Source: Solirubrobacteraceae bacterium
GTDB lineage: Bacteria > Actinomycetota > Thermoleophilia > Solirubrobacterales > Solirubrobacteraceae
NCBI GenBank assembly: GCA_035308005.1
Contig: DATGHN010000078.1
Span: 1 to 57,011 of the forward strand
Length of the DNA: 57,011 nucleotides
Direction of reading: 5' to 3'
Shown here: positions 42,997 through 51,757 of the stretch, one piece after another
Layout of the letters: the number at the start of each line of letters is the position of its first letter
Numbering within the stretch: the first letter of the stretch is position 1
The notes under the pieces: model-generated
Seen by the model: only the letters and a program-made list of their open reading frames with translations
Told to the model about the DNA's origin: nothing
The model's database searches: none
Made by a program: the position numbers and the translations under genes

Positions 42997-44524
42997 CACC
43001 GCGTCGGATTCCAGCTCTGTGGACACCGGTGGGGACCTCGTCCTCACCGGTGTCCGCAAGCTGTACGGGCCGGCCGTCGTACTCGACGTGGACCAAGTGG
43101 TCCTGCGGCGAGGCGAAGTCGTCGGGCTCGTCGGCGAGAACGGGGCTGGCAAGTCGACGATGATGGGGGTCGTCGCCGGCTCGGTGACGCCGGACGCCGG
43201 CACGGTCTCGATCGCCGGCCAGATGCTCGACTCAGGCGGAACGCTGCGGGCGCAGGAGCTCGGCGTAGCGATGGTCTCGCAGGAGTTCCCGCTGGTCGGA
43301 CAGCTCAGCGTCGCCGAGAATCTCCTGCTCGGGCGCAGGCCCAGCGATCGTCGCTTTCTCGTTGACCGCCGCGCGACCTATGCGGCGGCCGCCGAGCTGC
43401 TCGACGCGGTCGGCCTGCGCGTCAACCCCCGCCGTCGCGTCGATTCGCTGTCGGTCGCTCAGCGCCAGCTGATCGAGATCGCCAAGGCGCTTGGCCGCCG
43501 GCCACTGGTGCTGATTCTCGACGAGCCGACCTCGGCACTAGGCCCCGCGGAGTCCGAGCGGTTGCTCGGCTTTGCGCGCCGTCATGCCGCAGGCGGCGGG
43601 ATCGTGATCTTCGTCGGTCACCGGCTGGCGGAGGTGCGCGCCGTCGCCGACCGCGTGCTGGTGCTGCGAAACGGCCGCCTCATCTCTGACCTGACGCCGG
43701 CCGAGGCGACCGAGCAGCGGATCATCCGTGACATGGTTGGCAAGGACCTTCTGCCCGAGGGCGAGCTCACGGAGCCCGAGGGCGACTCGCAGTTGGCGTT
43801 TGAGGCGATCGCCCTCGCGGCGCCGGGGCTCGGACCGCTCGATCTCGCCGTGCGTCCAGGCGAGGTCCTCGGCGTCGCCGGGCTCATGGGGTCGGGGCGA
43901 AGCCGTCTTCTGCACGTCGTGATGGGCGCGCTCGCGAGCAGCGGCGGCAAGATGCGCCTTGCTGGCGTGAGCTATCACCCGCGCCAGCCGACCGACGCCG
44001 TGGCCGCCGGGGTGGGGCTCGTCCCCGAGGATCGCAAGACCCAGGCACTGCTCGTCGACGCGCCGATCCGCTGGAACGTCACGCTCGCGATCCTGCGCCG
44101 AATCTCCTGGCGTCACCTCCTGCTCATGCCGCGCCGCGAGCGGGGCGAGGCGGCCGCGATCGTAAATCTTGCGCGCGTGCGCTGCCGAAGCGCCGAGCAA
44201 CCCGCGCGCTCGCTCTCGGGCGGCAACCAGCAGCGCATGATCTTCGGCCGCTGGATGGCGGCGAAGCCGCGGCTGCTGCTGCTGGACGAGCCGACGCGGG
44301 GGGTCGACGTCGGCGCGAAGGCGGAGATCTACAAGCTGATCGACGAGGCACGAAAGGAAGGGATGGCGATCCTGGTCGCATCGTCGGAACTCGAGGAGCT
44401 CATGGGCATCTGCCACCGCATCGTCGTGCTGCGACGCGGACGCATCACGGCCGAGCTCGACCGCTCCGAGTTCTCCAAGGAGCGGATCATCGCGGCGGCC
44501 GCGATCGATCTCGTGGCGGCGTGA
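42983..44524 (+). CDS. Sugar ABC transporter ATP-binding protein, duplicated NBD (RbsA/MglA type)
   Basis: ORF track 42983..44524 (TTG; GTG 43019 alternative). NBD1 GENGAGKST / LILDEPTSAL. NBD2 GLMGSGRS / LSGGNQQR / LLLDEPTRGVD. Confidence 0.85.
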   Translation: MAPVSTASDSSSVDTGGDLVLTGVRKLYGPAVVLDVDQVVLRRGEVVGLVGENGAGKSTMMGVVAGSVTPDAGTVSIAGQMLDSGGTLRAQELGVAMVSQEFPLVGQLSVAENLLLGRRPSDRRFLVDRRATYAAAAELLDAVGLRVNPRRRVDSLSVAQRQLIEIAKALGRRPLVLILDEPTSALGPAESERLLGFARRHAAGGGIVIFVGHRLAEVRAVADRVLVLRNGRLISDLTPAEATEQRIIRDMVGKDLLPEGELTEPEGDSQLAFEAIALAAPGLGPLDLAVRPGEVLGVAGLMGSGRSRLLHVVMGALASSGGKMRLAGVSYHPRQPTDAVAAGVGLVPEDRKTQALLVDAPIRWNVTLAILRRISWRHLLLMPRRERGEAAAIVNLARVRCRSAEQPARSLSGGNQQRMIFGRWMAAKPRLLLLDEPTRGVDVGAKAEIYKLIDEARKEGMAILVASSELEELMGICHRIVVLRRGRITAELDRSEFSKERIIAAAAIDLVAA

Positions 44525-45621
44525 TGGCGGCCGATCCGAGCGAGGACCTCGCGACGCGCACCGAGGGCGACCCGATCGCCACGGTCGACGCCGGTGTGCC
44601 GCCCCTGCTGCGCCGCCTTGCCGACTCGCCAGAGATCGGCATCATCGCCGCGCTCATCGTGGCGGTGATCGTGTTCACCTCGATCAATCCGCTTTTCCTG
44701 AGCGTCTCAGACCTACAGAATCCGCTCGGGGTCGACCTCGCCGGATTCGGCATCCTCGCCGTCGGCGAGAGCATCGTGATCATGACCGGCGGGATCGACC
44801 TCTCTGTCGGCTCGCTTACCGCCTTCTTCGTCGTCGGCTCGGCGTGGCTGAACGTCTCCGAGCACATACCCGTCGGCTTCGCCTTCGCGCTGACGATCCT
44901 CGCCGGCGCTGCGTGGGGCCTGTGGCATGCGTTCTGGATCACGCGGCTCGGCGTCGCGCCATTCGTGATCACACTGGTGACGTTCATCTTCGCGGCCGGT
45001 GCCGACGAGGCGCTCGCGCCCAACCCGATCACGATCAGCTCGCCGCCGTTTCTGGCGCTGGTCGGGTCGAGCGTCGCCGGTGTCCCGATTGCCGTCGTGA
45101 TCTTCGCCGTGATCGCGTTGGCGGCGTGGTTCTTCCTCGAACGCACCTACATCGGGCGTCAGATCTACGCCGTCGGCGGCAACAAGGAGGCGGCGCGCCT
45201 CGCCGGTATTCCCACCGCCCGCCGGATCACCCTGGCCTACGTCGCCAGCGGCAGCTGCGCCGCCGTCGCCGGCCTGATCGTGGCCTCGCGCATCACCTCC
45301 GGGACCGCCGACAGCGTCAGCGGTTACGAGCTGATCGCGATTGCCGCGGCGGTGATCGGCGGGGTCAGCCTGATCGGCGGTCAGGGCCGGATCGTCGGAG
45401 CGGTCGCCGGCGCCGCGCTGCTGGTTGCGCTGACTGACGGTCTCGTCACGATCGGCGTCAACGCCTACTACCAGCCGATGGTCGTTGGCGTCGTGCTCTT
45501 CTTCGCCGTGATCCTCGACGCCGTCCGCACGCGCTTCCGCGGACGCGCCGCCGCGCGAACCGGGCTCGAGGCCGGTAAGGGAGCCGGCGGCGAGCCGGCG
45601 GCCGCCGGGGGGGACCCGTGA
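44521..45621 (+). CDS. Sugar ABC transporter permease (RbsC/BPD_transp_2 type)
   Basis: ORF track 44521..45621 (GTG 44521 or ATG 44524, overlapping the ATPase TGA). ITGGIDLSVGS and GGNKEAARLAGI motifs. Confidence 0.85.
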   Translation: MMAADPSEDLATRTEGDPIATVDAGVPPLLRRLADSPEIGIIAALIVAVIVFTSINPLFLSVSDLQNPLGVDLAGFGILAVGESIVIMTGGIDLSVGSLTAFFVVGSAWLNVSEHIPVGFAFALTILAGAAWGLWHAFWITRLGVAPFVITLVTFIFAAGADEALAPNPITISSPPFLALVGSSVAGVPIAVVIFAVIALAAWFFLERTYIGRQIYAVGGNKEAARLAGIPTARRITLAYVASGSCAAVAGLIVASRITSGTADSVSGYELIAIAAAVIGGVSLIGGQGRIVGAVAGAALLVALTDGLVTIGVNAYYQPMVVGVVLFFAVILDAVRTRFRGRAAARTGLEAGKGAGGEPAAAGGDP

Positions 45622-45664
45622 GCGTTGAGGCGCGTGACGCGGCGACGCCGTGGGAGTCGCGCGG

Positions 45665-46744
45665 ATGAGCACACGGAGCGGCGGCCGCGGAACGCATCGG
45701 CCGGCGACGATGAAGGACATCGCGACGGCCGCCGGCGTGGCGCAGAGCACGGTCTCGCGGATCCTCAACGACGCCCCGGTCCTGATCGCGGTGTCTGACG
45801 AGACGCGCAAGCGGGTACAGGCGATCGCGATCGAGCTCGGCTATCGACCGCATCCGTTTGCTCGGGCCCTGCGCGGCGCACCGTCGATGCTGCTCGGAGC
45901 CGTCGTGCGCGATATCACCGACCCCTTCTTCGCCGAGGCGATCGAGGCGCTCTCGATCGAGGCGAAGGAGCGCGGCTATTCCGTTGTCCTCGGGCACGCC
46001 CGCGCCAAGGCCGACGAGGCACTCGCGCTGACCGCCGTGCTCGAGACGCGCCACTGCGACGCGATCGTCCTCGTCGGCGACTTCCGCGGCGAGCGGCGAC
46101 TGGTCAGCGATCTGCGCAACCCGAACCTGCGCGTTGTCGGACTCTGGCACGGATCCGAGCGCAGCGACCGCCCGTTCCCAACCGTCATCGTTGACGCGCG
46201 CGCCGGTATCCACTCTGCGCTTGCCCACCTGGTCTCACTCGGGCACCGACGTATCGCCTTCGTCGGGCACCCCTCGCGCTACGTCATCCGCGACCGTCTT
46301 GCCGCCTACCAGGAGTACCTCGCCGACGCGGGGCTACCGCTAGGCGACGGCTACATCCGCCACGTTCCCAACACGATCGGCGGCGGCCACATCGCCCTCT
46401 CGGGCCTGATGGCGCTGGCGGAACCGCCGACCGCCGTGATGGCGGCCACGGACTTCCTGGCGATGGACATGCTCCACGCCGCGAGCGCGAGCGGAATCGC
46501 CGTGCCCGAGCAGCTCTCGATCGTTGGCTTCGACGACATGCCGTTTGCCTCCGCCACGATCCCGAGCCTGACGACGGTGAAGATGCCGATCGCCGAGATG
46601 GTGGCGGCAGGCCTCGAGCTCGCAGTTGGCGAGAGCGAGTGGCCCGCCAACGGCGAAGCGCACCCGCCACGCGTCGTCTTCCAGCCGAAGCTGATCGTGC
46701 GCCGCTCGAGCGCGCGCGCGCCGAAGGGCTCCGCGGGGGAGTAG
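45665..46744 (+). CDS. LacI-family transcriptional regulator
   Basis: ORF 45650..46744; ATG 45665. HTH ATMKDIATAAGVAQSTVSRILN. YRPHPFARALRG. Confidence 0.85.
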   Translation: MSTRSGGRGTHRPATMKDIATAAGVAQSTVSRILNDAPVLIAVSDETRKRVQAIAIELGYRPHPFARALRGAPSMLLGAVVRDITDPFFAEAIEALSIEAKERGYSVVLGHARAKADEALALTAVLETRHCDAIVLVGDFRGERRLVSDLRNPNLRVVGLWHGSERSDRPFPTVIVDARAGIHSALAHLVSLGHRRIAFVGHPSRYVIRDRLAAYQEYLADAGLPLGDGYIRHVPNTIGGGHIALSGLMALAEPPTAVMAATDFLAMDMLHAASASGIAVPEQLSIVGFDDMPFASATIPSLTTVKMPIAEMVAAGLELAVGESEWPANGEAHPPRVVFQPKLIVRRSSARAPKGSAGE

Positions 46745-46781
46745 CGCTCAGGGCCCCGCTGCGAAGCAGGCCGCTCGCCGA

Positions 46782-47639
46782 TCACGCGAGCGGCGTCTCC
46801 AATTCGGTCACGCCTGGAGCGTTGAGGATCGGGCTCGTAGTCCCAAGCCGAGTGGCCCACCACTCCACCGGAACGAGCCGCAGCGCCAGCTCGAGAGTCG
46901 TGGTGTCGAGCTCGGCGGCGAGCTGCGTGACCGCGACCAGTCGTGTTGCGAGCTGGTCGTCGTCGATCTCGCCTTCGACCTGAAAGGCCGGATGGCTCCA
47001 CGTTTTCGCGGGCTTGTTGTCGTCGCGCGGAATGAGGTGATCGAAAAGGCTGCCCAGCCACGCGAGGTCGCCGATGAGTTCGACGTGACGGTCGATGACC
47101 TCGGCGTAAGCGTCGGCGTTGAGCATCACGCTGGCCCAGCGGCCGAGCAGCTCGTCGCCGTGGCCGACGAAGTCCGCGATCCGCCCGTGGAGTAGTCCCC
47201 GGCGGTGGGGGTCAGCGAGGATTTCGCGAGTCGACTGGGTCAGACGCGCCGTGTCGCGCACGACCTGGGCGCCGGCTTCCAGAGTCGACTTGGTGTAGGG
47301 ACCCGGAGCCATCAGGTTCGCGAGCTCGAGCATCCCGGTCCAGGTCAGTCGTGCGTTTCGAACCAGCTGAAGCATCACGTATTGGGCGAGCACGCTCCAG
47401 CGCTCGCGCTTGCGCCGCTCGACGAGCTCGTTGACCAGCGCGAGCGACAGCAGCACGACGATTACGCTCGACGCAAGGCCGGCCAGTAACGCGTGGCCGG
47501 TCCAGAAGCCCCGCGCAACCACGTCTGACACGACGCCGGCGATCAGGGCAAGCACGGCCGCGGCGGCCGCTATTCGCGTTTCGCGCAGATAGGACTCGAG
47601 AGAGTCAGAGCGTCGCGGGCCGGCGTCTCGGCGAGCCAT
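46782..47639 (-). CDS. Hypothetical membrane protein (2 N-terminal TM helices plus a soluble helical domain)
   Basis: ORF track 46782..47639 (285 aa). IAAAAAVLALIAGVVSDVV and LLAGLASSVIVVLLSLALV. I recognise no family. Confidence 0.5.
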   Translation of the reverse strand: MARRDAGPRRSDSLESYLRETRIAAAAAVLALIAGVVSDVVARGFWTGHALLAGLASSVIVVLLSLALVNELVERRKRERWSVLAQYVMLQLVRNARLTWTGMLELANLMAPGPYTKSTLEAGAQVVRDTARLTQSTREILADPHRRGLLHGRIADFVGHGDELLGRWASVMLNADAYAEVIDRHVELIGDLAWLGSLFDHLIPRDDNKPAKTWSHPAFQVEGEIDDDQLATRLVAVTQLAAELDTTTLELALRLVPVEWWATRLGTTSPILNAPGVTELETPLA

Positions 47640-47669
47640 GGCCGGGCACCTTACGCTTGCGTGCGGGGG

Positions 47670-49256
47670 TCAGCCGGCGCCGATTCGAGCGTGCACGAGC
47701 TGCACGGCCATCGCCCCCTCGCCAACCGCGGTGGCGCAGCGCTTGGTCGAGCCCGACCGCGCGTCACCGGCGGCAAACACGCCCGCAATGCTGGTCTCGA
47801 GCAGGTTCTCCGCTCCTGCCGCTGCCGCGGTGAGGACGAAACCGTCGGCGTCGCACGCGACCGTGTCGTCGAGCCAATCGGTGCAGGGACTCGCGCCCAG
47901 GAAGAGGAAGACGAACGAGATCGGGAGCAGCTCTCCGCTTTTCAGCGTGACGGCGTCGAGAAGGCCGTCCGCTCCGTGCAGGGCTGCGATCTCGCTGCGG
48001 TCGCGGACCGCGATTCCGTGGTGTTCGAGCTCATGAATGAGGTAGTCGGACATCGTCTCGCGCAGGTTCGCGCGGCGGTGCAGGAGCGTCACGAGTGCGC
48101 CCCCGCGTGCGAGCCAGACTGCAGCCTGGGCGGCCGAGTTGCCACCGCCGACGACGGCGACGCGAGAGGCCCCGCACAGCTGCGCCTCGGGCGGTCCGGC
48201 GGCGTAAAAGACGCTGACGCCCTCGTAGTCGCCTAGGTCGGCGATCGGGAGGCGACGGTACTGGGCGCCGGTTGCGAGGAGTACGGCTCGCGCGCTGATC
48301 TCCTCGCCGTCCTCGAGCCTGACGACGTGACGTTCCGCGCCCGGTTCGAGCGAGACCGCCCGATACGGGGTGGCGGTGCGGGCATTGAACTTGCGCGCCT
48401 GAGTGACGGCGCGGCTGGACAGCTCCGCGCCGCTGATCCCAGCAGGGAAGCCGAGGTAGTTTTCGATACGCCGGGAGGAGCCCGCCTGCCCGCCGAGCGC
48501 GGTGCTCTCGATGATCAGCGTGTCGAGCCCCTCAGAGGCGCCGTACACCGCGGCACCGAGGCCGGCTGGCCCGCCACCGACGACGAGCAGGTCGACCTCC
48601 TCACGCCGCGCGAGCTCGCGGCCGATCCCAAGCGCGCGCAGCAGCTGCCCGTTCGTCGGCGCATGCAGCTCAAGGCCTCCGGGAAGTCGCACGAGCGGGA
48701 TGCTTCCGGCATCGAGGCCGGCGACAAGCGCCGCGGCATCGAGCGCGTCTGCGCGCGTCGGATCGCGCCAGGTGAACGGCAGGCGGTTGCTGCGCGCGAA
48801 CTCGACGACCCGCATCGTCGCCTCGGACGAGTGCGGCCCGATGATCTCGACGCCGACCCCGTGGACGCGCTGCAGGCCCTCCCGGCGCGCGATGAACGCC
48901 GTGAGCACGACATCGCTGAGCGGCCCGTCCTCGTAGAGGAGCGAGCGCAACGCGTCTCGATCCACTGCGAGGTACCGCGAGTCCTCCGCGACGACAGCGG
49001 TGACGAACACCGTCTGCCCCGACAGGAGGTTGACCTCGCCAAGAAACCCCGACGGTCCGTGGCGGACGATCTCGACTCCCGCGTCGTCCAGGATCGCTAT
49101 CTCGCCGTCGATGATCGCGATGAACGGATAGCTCGCGTCGCCGACGCGGTAGAGCACTTCACCGGCCTTCGCCGTGCGCTCCTCGCCGATTCGAGCCAGG
49201 GTTGCCAGCTGGGATGGGGACAGCGTCGGGCTGGCGGGCAGCGGCGCGCCCATCAT
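47670..49256 (-). CDS. cNMP-binding domain fused to a thioredoxin-reductase-like FAD/NAD(P) flavoprotein that lacks the redox CxxC
   Basis: ORF track 47670..49256 (528 aa). cNMP motif GFLGEVNLLSGQTVFVTAV. FAD GGGPAGLGAAVY. NADPH VVGGGNSAAQAA. GD motif VFAAGD. The position of CATC reads VFYAAG. Confidence 0.8.
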   Translation of the reverse strand: MMGAPLPASPTLSPSQLATLARIGEERTAKAGEVLYRVGDASYPFIAIIDGEIAILDDAGVEIVRHGPSGFLGEVNLLSGQTVFVTAVVAEDSRYLAVDRDALRSLLYEDGPLSDVVLTAFIARREGLQRVHGVGVEIIGPHSSEATMRVVEFARSNRLPFTWRDPTRADALDAAALVAGLDAGSIPLVRLPGGLELHAPTNGQLLRALGIGRELARREEVDLLVVGGGPAGLGAAVYGASEGLDTLIIESTALGGQAGSSRRIENYLGFPAGISGAELSSRAVTQARKFNARTATPYRAVSLEPGAERHVVRLEDGEEISARAVLLATGAQYRRLPIADLGDYEGVSVFYAAGPPEAQLCGASRVAVVGGGNSAAQAAVWLARGGALVTLLHRRANLRETMSDYLIHELEHHGIAVRDRSEIAALHGADGLLDAVTLKSGELLPISFVFLFLGASPCTDWLDDTVACDADGFVLTAAAAGAENLLETSIAGVFAAGDARSGSTKRCATAVGEGAMAVQLVHARIGAG

Positions 49257-49419
49257 CGGTCCCCTTCGCCACGGCGCTCAGGGACATCAGGGGTGTCCAC
49301 CGGAACCCGCCGGCGCCTCGCGGACAGCGTGATGCCTCCTGCCATGACGTCACTGCGCAACTCGGTGCTGAACTCCACGCCCGGGACGTTAGCTTGGCGT
49401 CGCGGTGGGACTCGAGTCG

Positions 49420-49686
49420 CTAGTGGCCGGTGCGCTCGCGGTGCTTGCAACCCGGCCAGCAGCAGGGCCGGCGCTTGCCTTCCTCGAGCTCCTCCTGGGT
49501 TCGCCGGATGCGCCGCTCGCGGGTGGTCGCCTGCTTAGCCTCCTCGACCCAGCAGATGAACTCGTTGCGTGCCAGGGGCGTGATGTCCTTCCAGGCATCG
49601 AGCGCCGTCGCGTTGGCGACCAGTGCCTTGCGCAGATCCGCGGGCAGTTCATGCACCACGCCGCCGGGCACGCTTCTGGCGCTCAT
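49420..49686 (-). CDS. YdeI/OmpD-associated family small protein
   Basis: ORF 49420..49770 trimmed to ATG 49686. DITPLARNEFICWVEEAKQATTRERRIRRTQEELEEGKRRPCCWPGC is characteristic of the family. Confidence 0.7.
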   Translation of the reverse strand: MSARSVPGGVVHELPADLRKALVANATALDAWKDITPLARNEFICWVEEAKQATTRERRIRRTQEELEEGKRRPCCWPGCKHRERTGH

Positions 49687-49963
49687 GGATCGATCGTAGC
49701 GAGAGCGTCGCTGCGCCCGGCGGTGAGCCGATGCACCCCGTCGACGGCCGCGCGGGTGTGGTGTTCTCATGGCCGCTACGTGGCGAATGCCAGGAGCACC
49801 GGGACGTCACAGATCGGTGGGCTCGGCGGGATAGGCTCTCTTCATCGCCTACTCGAACGTCGCTGGGGCGCAACACCTTCTCGACACGCTTGCGGCTGCC
49901 GCCGACGAGCTCGCCGTCGCGCTGGCGTATCTGGGCGAAGCGTACGAGCAGCTCGACGAGGCG

Positions 49964-50302
49964 TTGGCTGACCGGCTCGAAGAGGAGCTGTTTCGGCCAC
50001 TCCAGACGGCCTACGGGCGCGCGCAGCGCGTCCACGCCGAGTTCGCCGATCGCCGCGGACTGCCCGAGCACCGCTTCGAGGCAGTGACTCCGCACACACG
50101 CGACCACGACGCGAAGGGCATCATCGAAAGCGCCGTCGCAGCCGTGGAGCGCGCCGACAGCACACTCGCCACGCTGCAGGACTCGATGCTGCCGGTCGAG
50201 GTCGGCGATCCGCCGCTGCGGGCCGGCCTCGAGCAGGTTCGTGTTCTGTTGGCCGAGACCCGCGCCCACGCGTTCGAGATCACGCGAAGGCTCGGCCGCT
50301 GA
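49964..50302 (+). CDS. Hypothetical helical protein; the real 5' end is probably upstream of the annotated TTG
   Basis: ORF track 49964..50302 (TTG). High-GC3 coding-like sequence continues in frame back to the TAG at 49832-49834 without any ATG/GTG/TTG. Confidence 0.35.
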   Translation: MADRLEEELFRPLQTAYGRAQRVHAEFADRRGLPEHRFEAVTPHTRDHDAKGIIESAVAAVERADSTLATLQDSMLPVEVGDPPLRAGLEQVRVLLAETRAHAFEITRRLGR

Positions 50303-50312
50303 CTCGCACAGC

Positions 50313-50894
50313 TCAGCTCCGCGCCGCCCGGGCAAGTGGGCCCGCCAGCCAGCGATCGACCTGACGAGCCGTCTGCAGGCGTACCACTGGAATGTCGGGC
50401 CGCTGGTCGACTAGTTCCATGACCCGGTCGACAGCCTCGTGATGCGTTCGCCAAGCCCAGCGCACGATGTGATCGCGGTCGCTGAACACCGTCCTCAGCG
50501 GAGGCTCGAAGTTGCCATTCCAAAGCTCGACGCGCCCGAGTCGGCGCCGGAGCGTGCGCCGCACGACGCGAGTCATGACCAGCCACCGTGGCAGGTCGAG
50601 AAAGACCAGCAGATCGGCCCGCGGGCCGAGGATCGGCCGGGCGATTTCGTACTGCCATTCGGCTGTCCAGCCCTCCGCGGCGCTCAGTCGGGTCACGGCA
50701 TCGACGAAATCGGGCCGCGGCTCCCACGCCGGGCCGTGATGGAGCGCGTCGAGTTCGGTGTAGGGGGCGTTCAGCGCGGTGGCGATGCGGCGCGCGAGCG
50801 TCGAGTTTCCCGACCCCGATGTGCCCGCTACGAGAACGCGCGACGGCCGGTATGGAAGCTCCTCGGCCCAGCTTGCCCATGCCACGGGTGCCAC
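50313..50894 (-). CDS. P-loop NTPase of the adenylate-kinase/FlaR-like small-kinase type, with Walker-A Lys replaced by Asn
   Basis: ORF 50313..50957. GTG 50894 and GTG 50885 are the likelier starts, since the first codons after 50957 have low GC3. Walker A reads GTSGSGNST (AAC codon at 50805-50807). Walker-B-like LLVFLD. Confidence 0.6.
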   Translation of the reverse strand: MAPVAWASWAEELPYRPSRVLVAGTSGSGNSTLARRIATALNAPYTELDALHHGPAWEPRPDFVDAVTRLSAAEGWTAEWQYEIARPILGPRADLLVFLDLPRWLVMTRVVRRTLRRRLGRVELWNGNFEPPLRTVFSDRDHIVRWAWRTHHEAVDRVMELVDQRPDIPVVRLQTARQVDRWLAGPLARAARS

Positions 50895-50964
50895 GCTAGC
50901 CGAGGAGAGGCGACGAGCGCCGTGGGGAGTTCGACCTCGCGTTCGTAAACAAGGCACTCCATAA

Positions 50965-50980
50965 CTGTTCGAACGAACAG
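50965..50980. promoter_or_regulatory. Inverted repeat CTGTTCG-AA-CGAACAG in the AT-rich divergent region upstream of the DeoR gene
   Basis: Read directly from the sequence. It lies 22 nt upstream of the DeoR ATG (51002) and contains the nested palindrome GTTCGAAC. Confidence 0.4.
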
Positions 50981-51001
50981 CACGCTTGGTAGATTGAAGT
51001 T

Positions 51002-51757
51002 ATGGATGCAGCCCAACGTCTGAGCGAGCTCGTGCGCCAGCTTCGACTCGAGGGCCGGTTGGAGGTGGCTCGGGCGGCGCGCGACTACGGGACGGCTGAG
51101 ATGACGATCCGCCGCGACCTGGACGTGCTGGTGCGGCGCGGCGTGGCCCGTCGGGTAAGGGGGGGTGCGGCGAGCCTGTTGGCGCGCGGCGACGAGATTC
51201 CCTACTGGATGCGCGAGCTGGATGCCGCTCCCGTCAAGGCCCGGATCGGCAAGGCGGTCAGCGAGTTGCTGCGTGACGGCGAGGCGGTCGGGATGGACAG
51301 CGGAACCACGGTCCTCCAGGTCGCCCGGGCACTTGGCGAGCGGCGTTTGACCGTGCTGCCGGTATCACTCCCGACCGCGAACGCGCTGGCCGAGCATCCG
51401 TCGGTTCGCGTCATCATGGCCGGTGGCGAGGTCCGCCCCGGAGAGCTGTCGTTGACCGGTGCCGGCGCCGTCGCGGCGATCGCGGCGATGCGCTTCGACA
51501 CCGCGGTGCTCGCCCCATGCGGACTCGGCGGGGGAACGCTGACGGCGTATGACCTTGGCGACGCCGCGATCAAGCGCGCTCTGAAAGAGAGCTCACGCCG
51601 CTTGATCGTGGCCGCCGACTCCTCCAAGTTCGACCGCGACGGCATGGCCGTCGTCTGCGAGATCGGCGACGCCGACGTACTGGTCACCGACGAAGCTGCA
51701 CCGGCCGAGACTGTTGGTGCTCTGCGCGCGGCAGGTGTTGACGTGCGCTGTGTCTGA
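51002..51757 (+). CDS. DeoR-family transcriptional regulator
   Basis: ORF track 51002..51757 (251 aa). HTH ARDYGTAEMTIRRDLDVLVRRG. C-terminal DeoR sugar-phosphate-binding domain (MDSGTT, ADSSKF). Confidence 0.85.
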   Translation: MDAAQRLSELVRQLRLEGRLEVARAARDYGTAEMTIRRDLDVLVRRGVARRVRGGAASLLARGDEIPYWMRELDAAPVKARIGKAVSELLRDGEAVGMDSGTTVLQVARALGERRLTVLPVSLPTANALAEHPSVRVIMAGGEVRPGELSLTGAGAVAAIAAMRFDTAVLAPCGLGGGTLTAYDLGDAAIKRALKESSRRLIVAADSSKFDRDGMAVVCEIGDADVLVTDEAAPAETVGALRAAGVDVRCV

